Positions 55,113-62,892 of a stretch of 62,892 nt of DNA are shown piece by piece (positions within the stretch are counted from its first letter, which is position 1; each line of letters starts with the position of its first letter). Below the pieces are notes generated by a model. That model was not told where the DNA came from, ran no database searches, and saw nothing but the letters and a program-made list of their open reading frames with translations. This DNA comes from an uncultured beta proteobacterium (GTDB lineage: Bacteria > Pseudomonadota > Gammaproteobacteria > Burkholderiales > Burkholderiaceae_C), in contig CAIQBN010000397.1 of NCBI GenBank assembly GCA_903870065.1, positions 1-62,892 of the forward strand. Reading direction: 5' to 3'. A program made the position numbers and the translations under genes.

Positions 55113-55658
55113 ATGACCATTTCCCCCTACTTTCGCAATTTGCGTTCCGCTTATAACGCCGAGTTGGATGACCTCACCCAGGATTCTGAGGGACTTCATG
55201 TGCTGGATAAGCGGCTGGCCCAGAGGCGCAAGGAGATGGAGTTTCTGGTGCATATGCTGGAAGTCAGCCCCGAAATGGTGGCGACTGTATTTCACAAGGG
55301 ATTTCGCTTCAGTTCACTGGCAGCCATGAACCATCTGGTGACACTGGAAGCCGACGAACTCCCGGAATGGGACAGTCTGGGGCATGCAATCCAGATGGAA
55401 GCATGGACGCAACCCCTGGTCGAAGTGGTTAAAAGAAATGCCATGGGCGAATGGTTTTTGACCGTCGCTGCGGCCCTCGAATTTCTGAGCAGCAAGCCAG
55501 ACCATCTTCAAGCAAATGACTCCGACGCAGATGCAGACGCAGACACCAACAACCAAGCGGATGATGAAATGCTGGATGACGACGAACGCGATGCAAAAGT
55601 TCGCGATGAAGCCGGCGCCGACTGGATGGTCGAGCAGGGTTTTGACCGCAAGGAATGA
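55113..55658 (+). CDS. atcA: Acidic hypothetical protein, positional AtcA
   Basis: Second gene of the J-domain operon; assigned by synteny only. Confidence 0.6.
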   Translation: MTISPYFRNLRSAYNAELDDLTQDSEGLHVLDKRLAQRRKEMEFLVHMLEVSPEMVATVFHKGFRFSSLAAMNHLVTLEADELPEWDSLGHAIQMEAWTQPLVEVVKRNAMGEWFLTVAAALEFLSSKPDHLQANDSDADADADTNNQADDEMLDDDERDAKVRDEAGADWMVEQGFDRKE

Positions 55659-55662
55659 ATGC

Positions 55663-56409
55663 ATGAGCACGCTTGCCCTGATCGAAAAAACCCAAAGCCT
55701 GATTGCTGCTGGCGATATAGTGGCCGCCGAATCCGCCCTGGTGGAACTTGCTGACGCTGAAGGCGATGGTGCCCTGATGGTCGTGTTGGAGCAGTTGCCA
55801 CCCAAGGACATTCTGGCCGTGATCCGCGAGTACGACAACTCCAGGGAGTCTGTCGTCAATTTGTTGGTCTCACCCGCAATGTTTGCCCGCGCGGTAGTGA
55901 TCGAGAAGCAATACAAGGACCTGACCCGCACCCATCTGCGTGGCATGGTGAACTCGATTATTTTTCGCGACGATGCCGATCCGGTCGAATTCCTCAATGC
56001 CATCGGCGACCTGGAGGGTGGCAGCGAGGCATTGGCTGACTACTTTTCCGAAAAGTGGAGCCGCATCGAGGCCTTTGCCCGCACAGGCACCTTTGAGTCG
56101 TTCGAAGACGATGGCGACATGCTTTCCGAAACCGCGCTCCTGTCTTGCGCCTATGTACCTGCAAAAATCGAACTCGATGAAGTGGCCGACCAGGACTGGA
56201 TGCAGGTGGCCTGGTTGCTGCGATACCAATGCCCTGACCTGTTCATCGAAACCATCCTGGTGCTGCGCGCCAAAGCCCGCGCACATGACCTGGGCCTTGA
56301 GGACGAGGAAGAAGCTGAAGATGACGATGGCAAGGTTGAAACCAGCGACACCGACCGCGGAAAAGCCACCCCGGCGGCGCGTGATGACGATGAGGAATCA
56401 GCAATTTGA
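55663..56409 (+). CDS. atcB: Acidic hypothetical protein, positional AtcB
   Basis: Third gene; start at ATG 55663 after AAGGA; acidic tail; assigned by synteny. Confidence 0.6.
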   Translation: MSTLALIEKTQSLIAAGDIVAAESALVELADAEGDGALMVVLEQLPPKDILAVIREYDNSRESVVNLLVSPAMFARAVVIEKQYKDLTRTHLRGMVNSIIFRDDADPVEFLNAIGDLEGGSEALADYFSEKWSRIEAFARTGTFESFEDDGDMLSETALLSCAYVPAKIELDEVADQDWMQVAWLLRYQCPDLFIETILVLRAKARAHDLGLEDEEEAEDDDGKVETSDTDRGKATPAARDDDEESAI

Positions 56410-57629
56410 CGCCCCATTCGGTAGCACTGTTTGACGCACGGCCCTTCTTTGAAAAGGCCCTGATTTATGGCGTGCAGCATGGAATTCTGGACCGGACCCG
56501 GCTGAACGCCATTTGCGCCGATGCGCCCAAGGGCATGGTGCAGATTGCCCGCTACTTTGGCACTGAATTTCTACGGCCCGAGCTGGAAAAGGCGCGCGAT
56601 CGGATGGTCAACCTGGTCAGCCTGTACCTGGAACACAGCTGCGATGGCGACCTCCAACGTGCAGCAGAGTCGCTACGTGACAACTCCTTTTTATCGCGTT
56701 CCAAGGGCGGCTCGGACATGCTCAAAGCACTGATTGCCATGCCACAAAACAGCCATTTCGGCATGCACGACGTAACCGGTTTTACGGATGAGCATATTCC
56801 CCTGCTGGCCAAGTGGTCGCTTCGGACCCTGAGTGAGTACCAAGCGGAACTGAGCCTGCGGCGCCAGGCAGGCCTGCTGGTTGACGGCGCATTGTGGTTT
56901 GCACGGGAACTGGGCGAAGACCTTTCGGATCTTCAGGCCGCCGGCAAAGACGCGGAAGCAGTGATCCGCACCGGACTGCTGGCCCTGTCCAATCGACGCA
57001 AAGACATGCCCGATTGGCCAGGCTTTGAAAAAATGATACAAGGTCTGCGCAAAAAACACGCGGGCCAGTCGCCAACCTCCTCCGACGCACCCACACTTGC
57101 GCTGCCGAAGAACTTGCCCGAAACATTAAAACCCACGGTGGAATGGGTGCGCGAATCCGTGATTTCGGATATGCCAAAAATTTTGGATGCCCAATTGCCC
57201 ATCCGAAAGCTGTTTGATCGGACACCCGCTTTCATTGGACGCTATTTTTGGCTGGAAGACGCTCTGGCGGAAATCGACCACTTTGAGCGCGCCACCTCGC
57301 TGGCATGGGACAAGGCAACCGGCGGGCACAGCGATGACAGTTCCCTTTTAACGCTCTTTCTCTGCCTCGCAACCGGTTCAAAGCCGAAAACACTTCTCAC
57401 TGACAAGGCCGCCAGGGGCATCGTGCGCAAGGTCCAAAAAGCCGGACTCCAGCCGGAACTGGCAAGCCATTTCATTCATAGCCATGCACCGCACCATATT
57501 CAGGCAGACTATGCACGATTGTGGGAATCGTTTGTCGAACAGGCCGCACCTGTACTTGCCAGCGACTTTGACGGTGCCCTCAATGACGCCATGACACTGT
57601 TACGCAATGAGTGCAATATCAGCCAATAA
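56406..57629 (+). CDS. atcC: Helical protein, positional AtcC
   Basis: Fourth gene, TTGA overlap, 407 aa; assigned by synteny. Confidence 0.6.
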   Translation: MTPHSVALFDARPFFEKALIYGVQHGILDRTRLNAICADAPKGMVQIARYFGTEFLRPELEKARDRMVNLVSLYLEHSCDGDLQRAAESLRDNSFLSRSKGGSDMLKALIAMPQNSHFGMHDVTGFTDEHIPLLAKWSLRTLSEYQAELSLRRQAGLLVDGALWFARELGEDLSDLQAAGKDAEAVIRTGLLALSNRRKDMPDWPGFEKMIQGLRKKHAGQSPTSSDAPTLALPKNLPETLKPTVEWVRESVISDMPKILDAQLPIRKLFDRTPAFIGRYFWLEDALAEIDHFERATSLAWDKATGGHSDDSSLLTLFLCLATGSKPKTLLTDKAARGIVRKVQKAGLQPELASHFIHSHAPHHIQADYARLWESFVEQAAPVLASDFDGALNDAMTLLRNECNISQ

Positions 57630-57720
57630 TCCACCAATAGTCCGCTTGAATGGCCACCGGTTTGCGGCCCTGCTGTGAATCCGCTACAGTGCCACCAGAT
57701 ACATTTATAGAGAACACCCA

Positions 57721-57939
57721 GTGAACACCAAGCCGAACGAGACGGCCCCCCAGCCCGAGCCTGAGCACGACCGGTACATGCCCGGAGATCCCATTCCGGT
57801 GCCCCATGCAGTGGAAGCCAATACCGAGTCAACCTGGGCCCTGTTTTCCGATGTGCAACGCCAGGATGAGCCTGATTTTGAAGACACGGTTCCCGCATCA
57901 AGTCTGGAAGAAATGGCCATTGGCAAACCCACGCGCTAA
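57721..57939 (+). CDS. Small acidic hypothetical protein
   Basis: 72-aa ORF filling the gap on the operon strand. Confidence 0.5.
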   Translation: MNTKPNETAPQPEPEHDRYMPGDPIPVPHAVEANTESTWALFSDVQRQDEPDFEDTVPASSLEEMAIGKPTR

Positions 57940-58013
57940 GCGGGCCTAGCGGCCATTCGCCCCCGATTCCCTGCCCTTTACCCAAAAATTCCCAAAACTT
58001 TCCAAGAATTTCC

Positions 58014-58598
58014 ATGCATTCCAGCCGACTGCTATTAGCGATTATTTGCCTGATCACGCTCATCCTGAGTGCTTGCTCCAATCAGGATTCGTCCAACAAG
58101 GGTAGTGCAGCCACCAAACGTGAGGTATCCGTTCAGACTGTTGCGACCGAAGCAAAAGGGTTTACGGTGGGCGCGCTGATGAGTGCGCACACGGTGTATG
58201 TTTTCTTTGACCCGCAGTGCCCGCATTGTGGGCACTTGTGGCAGGCTTCAACACCGCTGCACAAAAAAGCCAAATTTGTCTGGATTCCGGTGGCCTGGAT
58301 CAATGCGTCGAGTTTGTCACAGGGCGCTGCCCTGCTCAGCGCCACAGACCCATTGGCGCTGATGGGCGAACACGAAACCTCCTTGCTGGCAGGCAAAGGT
58401 GGAATTGCCGCTTCGGCCAGCATACCGGCCGATGTGGAGCAGACCATCAAGGCCAACACCAAACTACTCAGCAGTTTCGGTGCCGAGTCAGTCCCGTTTG
58501 TGGTGGTTAAAAATGCCACCACCGGTCAAACGATTGGGCGTGATGGTGCATTGTCAACCGCCACGCTGGCGGCGCTAATAGGGTTTGAGCCTTCTTGA
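58014..58598 (+). CDS. DsbG/DsbC-like thioredoxin-fold lipoprotein
   Basis: Lipobox LSAC, FDPQCPHC, cis-Pro loop SVP. Confidence 0.85.
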   Translation: MHSSRLLLAIICLITLILSACSNQDSSNKGSAATKREVSVQTVATEAKGFTVGALMSAHTVYVFFDPQCPHCGHLWQASTPLHKKAKFVWIPVAWINASSLSQGAALLSATDPLALMGEHETSLLAGKGGIAASASIPADVEQTIKANTKLLSSFGAESVPFVVVKNATTGQTIGRDGALSTATLAALIGFEPS

Positions 58599-58622
58599 GC
58601 GCCGTGGCTTAGCCCGCCGGTC

Positions 58623-59243
58623 CTACATCTTGGCGGCTAACGCTTTTTCAATCGCTGCAACCAGATTGGTGTTGTTAGGCTCCACGTTGCTGGTATAGCT
58701 GGCAGACACCTTTCCACTACGGTCAATCAAGAACTTGTGAAAGTTCCACTTGGGTTCGCTGCGGGTCGCCTTGTACAGTTCGGCATACAGCGCATTGCGC
58801 TCATCGCCCTTGACGTCCGACTTGGCAAACATGGGAAACTTCACGCCATAGGTGTTAAAACAGAAATCGGCTATTTCCTTGGATGAGCCCGGCTCCTGCT
58901 TGCCAAACTGGTTAGAAGGAAAACCCAAAACAACCAATCCCTTGCCCTGGTACTTGGCATGCAGTGCCTCCAGCCCCTCGTACTGGCTGGTAAAGCCACA
59001 ATAACTGGCCGTATTAACCACCAGCAGCACCTTGCCTGCGTACTGGCACAGGTTTTGAGGCGCATCGTCCTGCAAACGGGCAAAGTCGTGCTGCAGGATT
59101 GCCGGGCAGGCGCTAGCAGCGGTTGCACCTGCGGGCTTGGCTGCTGGAACTGAACCGCTTGCCTGGGCCATTGCGGCGGAACTGCAAAACAGGACCAGCG
59201 CACCGGTAAACAGGGCATGCGAAAGAGGGGTTTGGTGTTTCAT
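58623..59243 (-). CDS. Glutathione peroxidase family protein, exported
   Basis: Motifs VNTASYCGFT, GFPSNQFG, WNFHKFLI. Confidence 0.93.
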   Translation of the reverse strand: MKHQTPLSHALFTGALVLFCSSAAMAQASGSVPAAKPAGATAASACPAILQHDFARLQDDAPQNLCQYAGKVLLVVNTASYCGFTSQYEGLEALHAKYQGKGLVVLGFPSNQFGKQEPGSSKEIADFCFNTYGVKFPMFAKSDVKGDERNALYAELYKATRSEPKWNFHKFLIDRSGKVSASYTSNVEPNNTNLVAAIEKALAAKM

Positions 59244-59272
59244 GCAACCATTATGGTCGCGCTGCAAAGCCC

Positions 59273-62200
59273 CTACCCCACCCAGCGTCTTGCGTTGTGC
59301 CAGAGCTGCATCCAAGGACTGGGCTCGTTGGCGTCCAGGCCATTCCAGCTCATCTGAACATTGCGAAACACGCGCTCGGGGTGCGGCATCATGGCGGTGA
59401 AGCGGCCGTCTGCCGTGGTGACCGCCGTCAAGCCACCCGGACTGCCATTGGGGTTGAACGGGTAGGCCTCCGTGGCCACCCCGGTGTTATCGGTGAAACG
59501 CATCGCGGCGATGGCCTTGCCGGCATTGCCGCGGTACTTGAAATTGGCAAAACCCTCGCCGTGTGCCACAGCAATCGGCAGTCGCATGCCGGACAGGTCC
59601 TTGAAGAACAGGGAGGGCGAATCCAGCACCTCCACCATCGAAAGGCGCGCCTCGAAGCGCTCGCTCTGGTTGGTGGTGAACCGCGGCCAGTCCTGCGCGC
59701 CAGGAATGATGTCGGCCAGTTCGGCAAACATTTGGCAACCGTTGCAAACGCCAAGGCCGAAAGTGTCGGAGCGGCCGAAAAAGGCCCTGAACTGATCCGA
59801 CAGCGCCGGATTGAAGGTAATGGAGCGGGCCCATCCAATGCCGGCGCCCAGCGTGTCGCCATAGCTGAAGCCGCCACAAGCCACCACGCCCTGGAAGTCT
59901 GCCAGTTTGGCGCGCCTCGTCTGCAGGTCCGTCATGTGCACGTCAAAGGCATCAATGCCGGCTTCAGTGAAGGCGTAGGCCATTTCCACGTGTGAGTTGA
60001 CACCTTGCTCGCGCAAAACGGCGACACGGGGGCGGCTGGTCAGAACTGCAGGCGCTACGTTTTTTGTAGCTGCCTTGGTATATTTCACGAGGGCTAGCGC
60101 CTGATTTGGCATATAGACATGCAAACCGGGGTCGCTCCCTGCACCGGCTGCTGCGTGTTCGGCGTCCGCACATGCCGGGTTATCGCGCTGTTGTGCGATC
60201 TTCCAGCTTACGGCGTCCCATACCTGGTGCAGATCAGGCAAACGTGCCTTGAAGATGGCCTTGGCGTCGCGCCAGATCTGCAATTCGCCTTTGCCAGCGT
60301 CGATTTCAGACGACTCAGGGCGGGTCTTGCCAATAAAGTGGCTAAAGGCTGAGAGGCCATGCTCGCGCAAAGTCTGCATTACCTCGCTGCGCTGCGCCGT
60401 GCGCACCTGCAAAATCACACCCAGTTCTTCGTTGAACAGTGCCTTGAGTGTCAGTTCTTCCCGGCGGGCCCCCACCTGCCCTGCCCAGTTCTTGCTGTCG
60501 CCCACATCCATGCGGCTGTCCGTTATGCCATCGCCCTCGGTCACCAGCATGTCCACATTCAGTGACACGCCAACGCGCCCGGCAAATGCCATCTCGGTCA
60601 CCGTGGCCAGCAGGCCACCATCGCTTCGGTCGTGGTAGGCCAAAATTTTGCCCTGCACACGCAGTGCATTCACCGCGTTGACCAGGTTCACCAGGTCTTG
60701 GGCGTGGTCCAGATCGGGCACCGTATCGCCAACCTGGCCCAGCGTTTGCGCCAGGATGCTGGAGGCCATGCGGTTTTTGCCGTGTCCCAGATCAACCAGC
60801 ACCAAAGTGGTGTCCTCGGATGCATTCAATTGGGGCGTGAGTGTGCCGCGCACATCGGCCAGCGTGGCAAAGGCGCTAACGATCAGCGACACCGGGGAGG
60901 TCACTTTTTTGGCCGCACCAGCGGATGAAGACGCGCTTTGCGGCTCGGTCCAATGCGTTCGCATCGACAGCGAATCCTTACCGACGGGTATGGACACCCC
61001 CAGCGCCGGACACAACTCCATACCCACGGCCTTGACCGTGGCGTATAGCGCGGCGTCCTCGCCTGGTTCCCCGCAAGCTGCCATCCAGTTGGCCGACAGC
61101 TTGACGCGGGGAAGTTCGATCGGAGCCGCCAGCAAATTGGTAATGGCCTCGGCCACGGCCATGCGCCCGGATGCGGGTCCATCCAGTGCAGCCAGGGGCG
61201 TGCGCTCACCCATGGACATGGCTTCACCGGCAAAACCCTTGAAGTCAGCCAGCGTGACGGCGCAATCCGCCACGGGCACCTGCCAGGGGCCGACCATCTG
61301 GTCGCGGTGCGTCAGGCCACCCACGGAACGGTCGCCAATGGTGATCAGGAAGCGTTTGGACGCCACCGTAGGATGCGCCAGTACGTCGATGACGGCCTTT
61401 TGCAGATCCACACCGGTCAGGTCCAGCGGCTTGAACTGGCGTGCAACCGTTTTGACGTCGCGGTGCATTTTGGGCGGCTTGCCCAAGAGCACATTCATCG
61501 GCATGTTGACTGGTGCCCCCGCGGCTTGGGACGGCCCGGCGCCGCTCACGCCGTCGTTTTCATACACCACCAGCTCTCGTTCTTCGGTCGCCACGCCGAT
61601 GACGGCAAAGGGGCAACGCTCACGGTCACACAAGGCCTTGAATTGCTCCAATGATTCAGGTGCAATGGCCAGCACATAGCGCTCCTGGCTCTCGTTGCAC
61701 CAGATCTCCTTGGGAGCCATGCCGGACTCTTCAAGCTTGACAGCACGCAAATCGAATCGCGCACCGCGTCCAGCATCGTTGGTCAACTCCGGGAAAGCGT
61801 TCGACAGACCACCCGCACCCACGTCGTGAATGGCCAAAATCGGGTTCTCGCGCCCCTGAATCCAGCACTGGTTAATGACCTCTTGCGTCCGGCGCTCGAT
61901 TTCGGGGTTACCGCGCTGCACCGAGTCAAAATCCAGGTGCGCCGCGTTGGCGCCGGTGGCCATGGAGCTTGCGGCACTGCCACCCATGCCAATGCGCATG
62001 CCGGGGCCACCGAGCTGGATCAGCAGGCTGCCCGCTGGAAATTCGATCTTGTGGGTCTGCGTGGAGTCGATCACGCCCAGCCCCCCCGCAATCATGATCG
62101 GCTTGTGGTAGCCGCGCTGCACGGTGTCCACGTCGCTGGCCACGCTTTGCTCGTACTCGCGAAAGTAGCCCAGCAGGTTGGGCCGGCCAAATTCGTTGTT

Positions 62201-62890
62201 GAAGGCGGCGCCGCCCAGTGGGCCCTCAAGCATGATTTGCAGCGGGCTGGCGATGTGCTCGGGCTTGCCAAAATCACCGCCCCAGAGTTTAGAGACGGTA
62301 AAGCCGGTCAACCCCGCTTTGGGTTTGGAGCCACGCCCTGTGGCGCCTTCATCACGGATCTCACCACCCGCGCCAGTGGAGGCACCGGGAAATGGTGAAA
62401 TGGCCGTAGGGTGGTTATGGGTTTCCACCTTCATCAAAATGTGATTGGTTTCGCTACTTTTTTGATAGCTAGCCGCGCATATTTCACGAGGGCTAGAGGC
62501 TGATTTTGCTACAAACCGCTCCACCAGACCGCCTTCCATGACCGAGGCGTTATCAGAGTACGCCACCAGCATGTGCTGCGGATGGGTCTGGTGCGTGTGG
62601 CGAATCATGCTAAACATGCTTTGTTCCTGCGCCACGCCGTCGATGGTGAACTGGGCGTTGAAGATCTTGTGGCGGCAATGCTCGCTGTTGGCCTGGGCAA
62701 ACATCATCAGCTCCACGTCGGTGGGGTTGCGCCCCAGCGTGGTAAAGGCGTTGACCAGGTAGTCAATTTCGTCTGCTGCCAAAGCCAGACCCCAGTCCTT
62801 GTTGGCCGCGTCGAGCGCGCCCTTGCCGCCACCCAGCACATCCACATGGTCCATCGGCGCCGCCTGCAACGCACTGAAAAGTCCAAGCGC
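59273..62890 (-). CDS. purL: Phosphoribosylformylglycinamidine synthase (large type), 5' end outside the window
   Basis: Motifs [40 protein letters not shown]. Confidence 0.98.
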   Translation of the reverse strand, partial: ALGLFSALQAAPMDHVDVLGGGKGALDAANKDWGLALAADEIDYLVNAFTTLGRNPTDVELMMFAQANSEHCRHKIFNAQFTIDGVAQEQSMFSMIRHTHQTHPQHMLVAYSDNASVMEGGLVERFVAKSASSPREICAASYQKSSETNHILMKVETHNHPTAISPFPGASTGAGGEIRDEGATGRGSKPKAGLTGFTVSKLWGGDFGKPEHIASPLQIMLEGPLGGAAFNNEFGRPNLLGYFREYEQSVASDVDTVQRGYHKPIMIAGGLGVIDSTQTHKIEFPAGSLLIQLGGPGMRIGMGGSAASSMATGANAAHLDFDSVQRGNPEIERRTQEVINQCWIQGRENPILAIHDVGAGGLSNAFPELTNDAGRGARFDLRAVKLEESGMAPKEIWCNESQERYVLAIAPESLEQFKALCDRERCPFAVIGVATEERELVVYENDGVSGAGPSQAAGAPVNMPMNVLLGKPPKMHRDVKTVARQFKPLDLTGVDLQKAVIDVLAHPTVASKRFLITIGDRSVGGLTHRDQMVGPWQVPVADCAVTLADFKGFAGEAMSMGERTPLAALDGPASGRMAVAEAITNLLAAPIELPRVKLSANWMAACGEPGEDAALYATVKAVGMELCPALGVSIPVGKDSLSMRTHWTEPQSASSSAGAAKKVTSPVSLIVSAFATLADVRGTLTPQLNASEDTTLVLVDLGHGKNRMASSILAQTLGQVGDTVPDLDHAQDLVNLVNAVNALRVQGKILAYHDRSDGGLLATVTEMAFAGRVGVSLNVDMLVTEGDGITDSRMDVGDSKNWAGQVGARREELTLKALFNEELGVILQVRTAQRSEVMQTLREHGLSAFSHFIGKTRPESSEIDAGKGELQIWRDAKAIFKARLPDLHQVWDAVSWKIAQQRDNPACADAEHAAAGAGSDPGLHVYMPNQALALVKYTKAATKNVAPAVLTSRPRVAVLREQGVNSHVEMAYAFTEAGIDAFDVHMTDLQTRRAKLADFQGVVACGGFSYGDTLGAGIGWARSITFNPALSDQFRAFFGRSDTFGLGVCNGCQMFAELADIIPGAQDWPRFTTNQSERFEARLSMVEVLDSPSLFFKDLSGMRLPIAVAHGEGFANFKYRGNAGKAIAAMRFTDNTGVATEAYPFNPNGSPGGLTAVTTADGRFTAMMPHPERVFRNVQMSWNGLDANEPSPWMQLWHNARRWVG
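60052..60112 (+). repeat. 61-bp element family A, copy 7 (antisense in the purL synthetase/glutaminase linker)
   Basis: gcGCTacgttttttgtAGC tgccttgGTA tatttcacgagGGCTagcgcc tgatttggcat. Confidence 0.88.
61521..61545 (+). repeat. Family B hairpin remnant, antisense in purL
   Basis: gcggc-ttgggacggcccggc-gccgc matches xdhA ccgcc-ttggggcgacccggc-ggcgg. Confidence 0.65.
62451..62511 (+). repeat. 61-bp element family A, copy 8 (antisense in purL)
   Basis: tcGCTacttttttgatAGC tagccgcGCA tatttcacgagGGCTagaggc tgattttgcta. Confidence 0.9.
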
Positions 62891-62892
62891 CA

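Noticed and set aside
55523-55545. gacgca-type microrepeat (DADADAD) in atcA
   Set aside because: Low-complexity acidic linker, not informative.
58029-58085. Family A-like words in the DsbG-like signal peptide
   Set aside because: The spacing is off and there is no AGC half-site.

Overview
GC-rich betaproteobacterial chromosome segment, Comamonadaceae/Rhodoferax-like by gene content (inference). From left to right it holds: (1) a TetR-associated hydrolase cluster with two sulfatases, an MBL hydrolase, an SDR, a haloalkane dehalogenase, DUF1214/DUF1254 proteins, an esterase, a DsbA/HCCA-isomerase-like protein and a WS/DGAT; (2) a penicillin-acylase-family gene and hemH; (3) a dispersed purine salvage/catabolism region (ADA-family deaminase, BMP-type ABC transporter, xdhAB, 8-oxoguanine deaminase, puuD, xdhC). 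Region 3 is interrupted by a hemerythrin with an FNR box, several kinases, a TRAP transporter, a Crp/Fnr regulator, a decayed RHH/ParE toxin-antitoxin pair, an orphan rsmH paralog and an HD-GYP phosphorelay. The window ends with (4) a candidate sRNA, an atcJABC-like J-domain operon, a glutathione peroxidase and partial purL. I saw no rRNA, tRNA, CRISPR array or intact transposase. The most striking unexplained signal is a 61-bp, gap-free, bipartite DNA element (GCT-N11-AGC-N7-GCA-N11-GGCT...) found 8 times. Five copies lie inside conserved genes (xdhA, xdhB, puuD, purL twice) in several reading frames. Two copies supply gene stop/start codons and one is intergenic. A second, GC-rich hairpin element family is also embedded in xdhA and purL. 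All alignments were done by eye, and ortholog comparisons rely on recalled family sequences, so they need computational confirmation.
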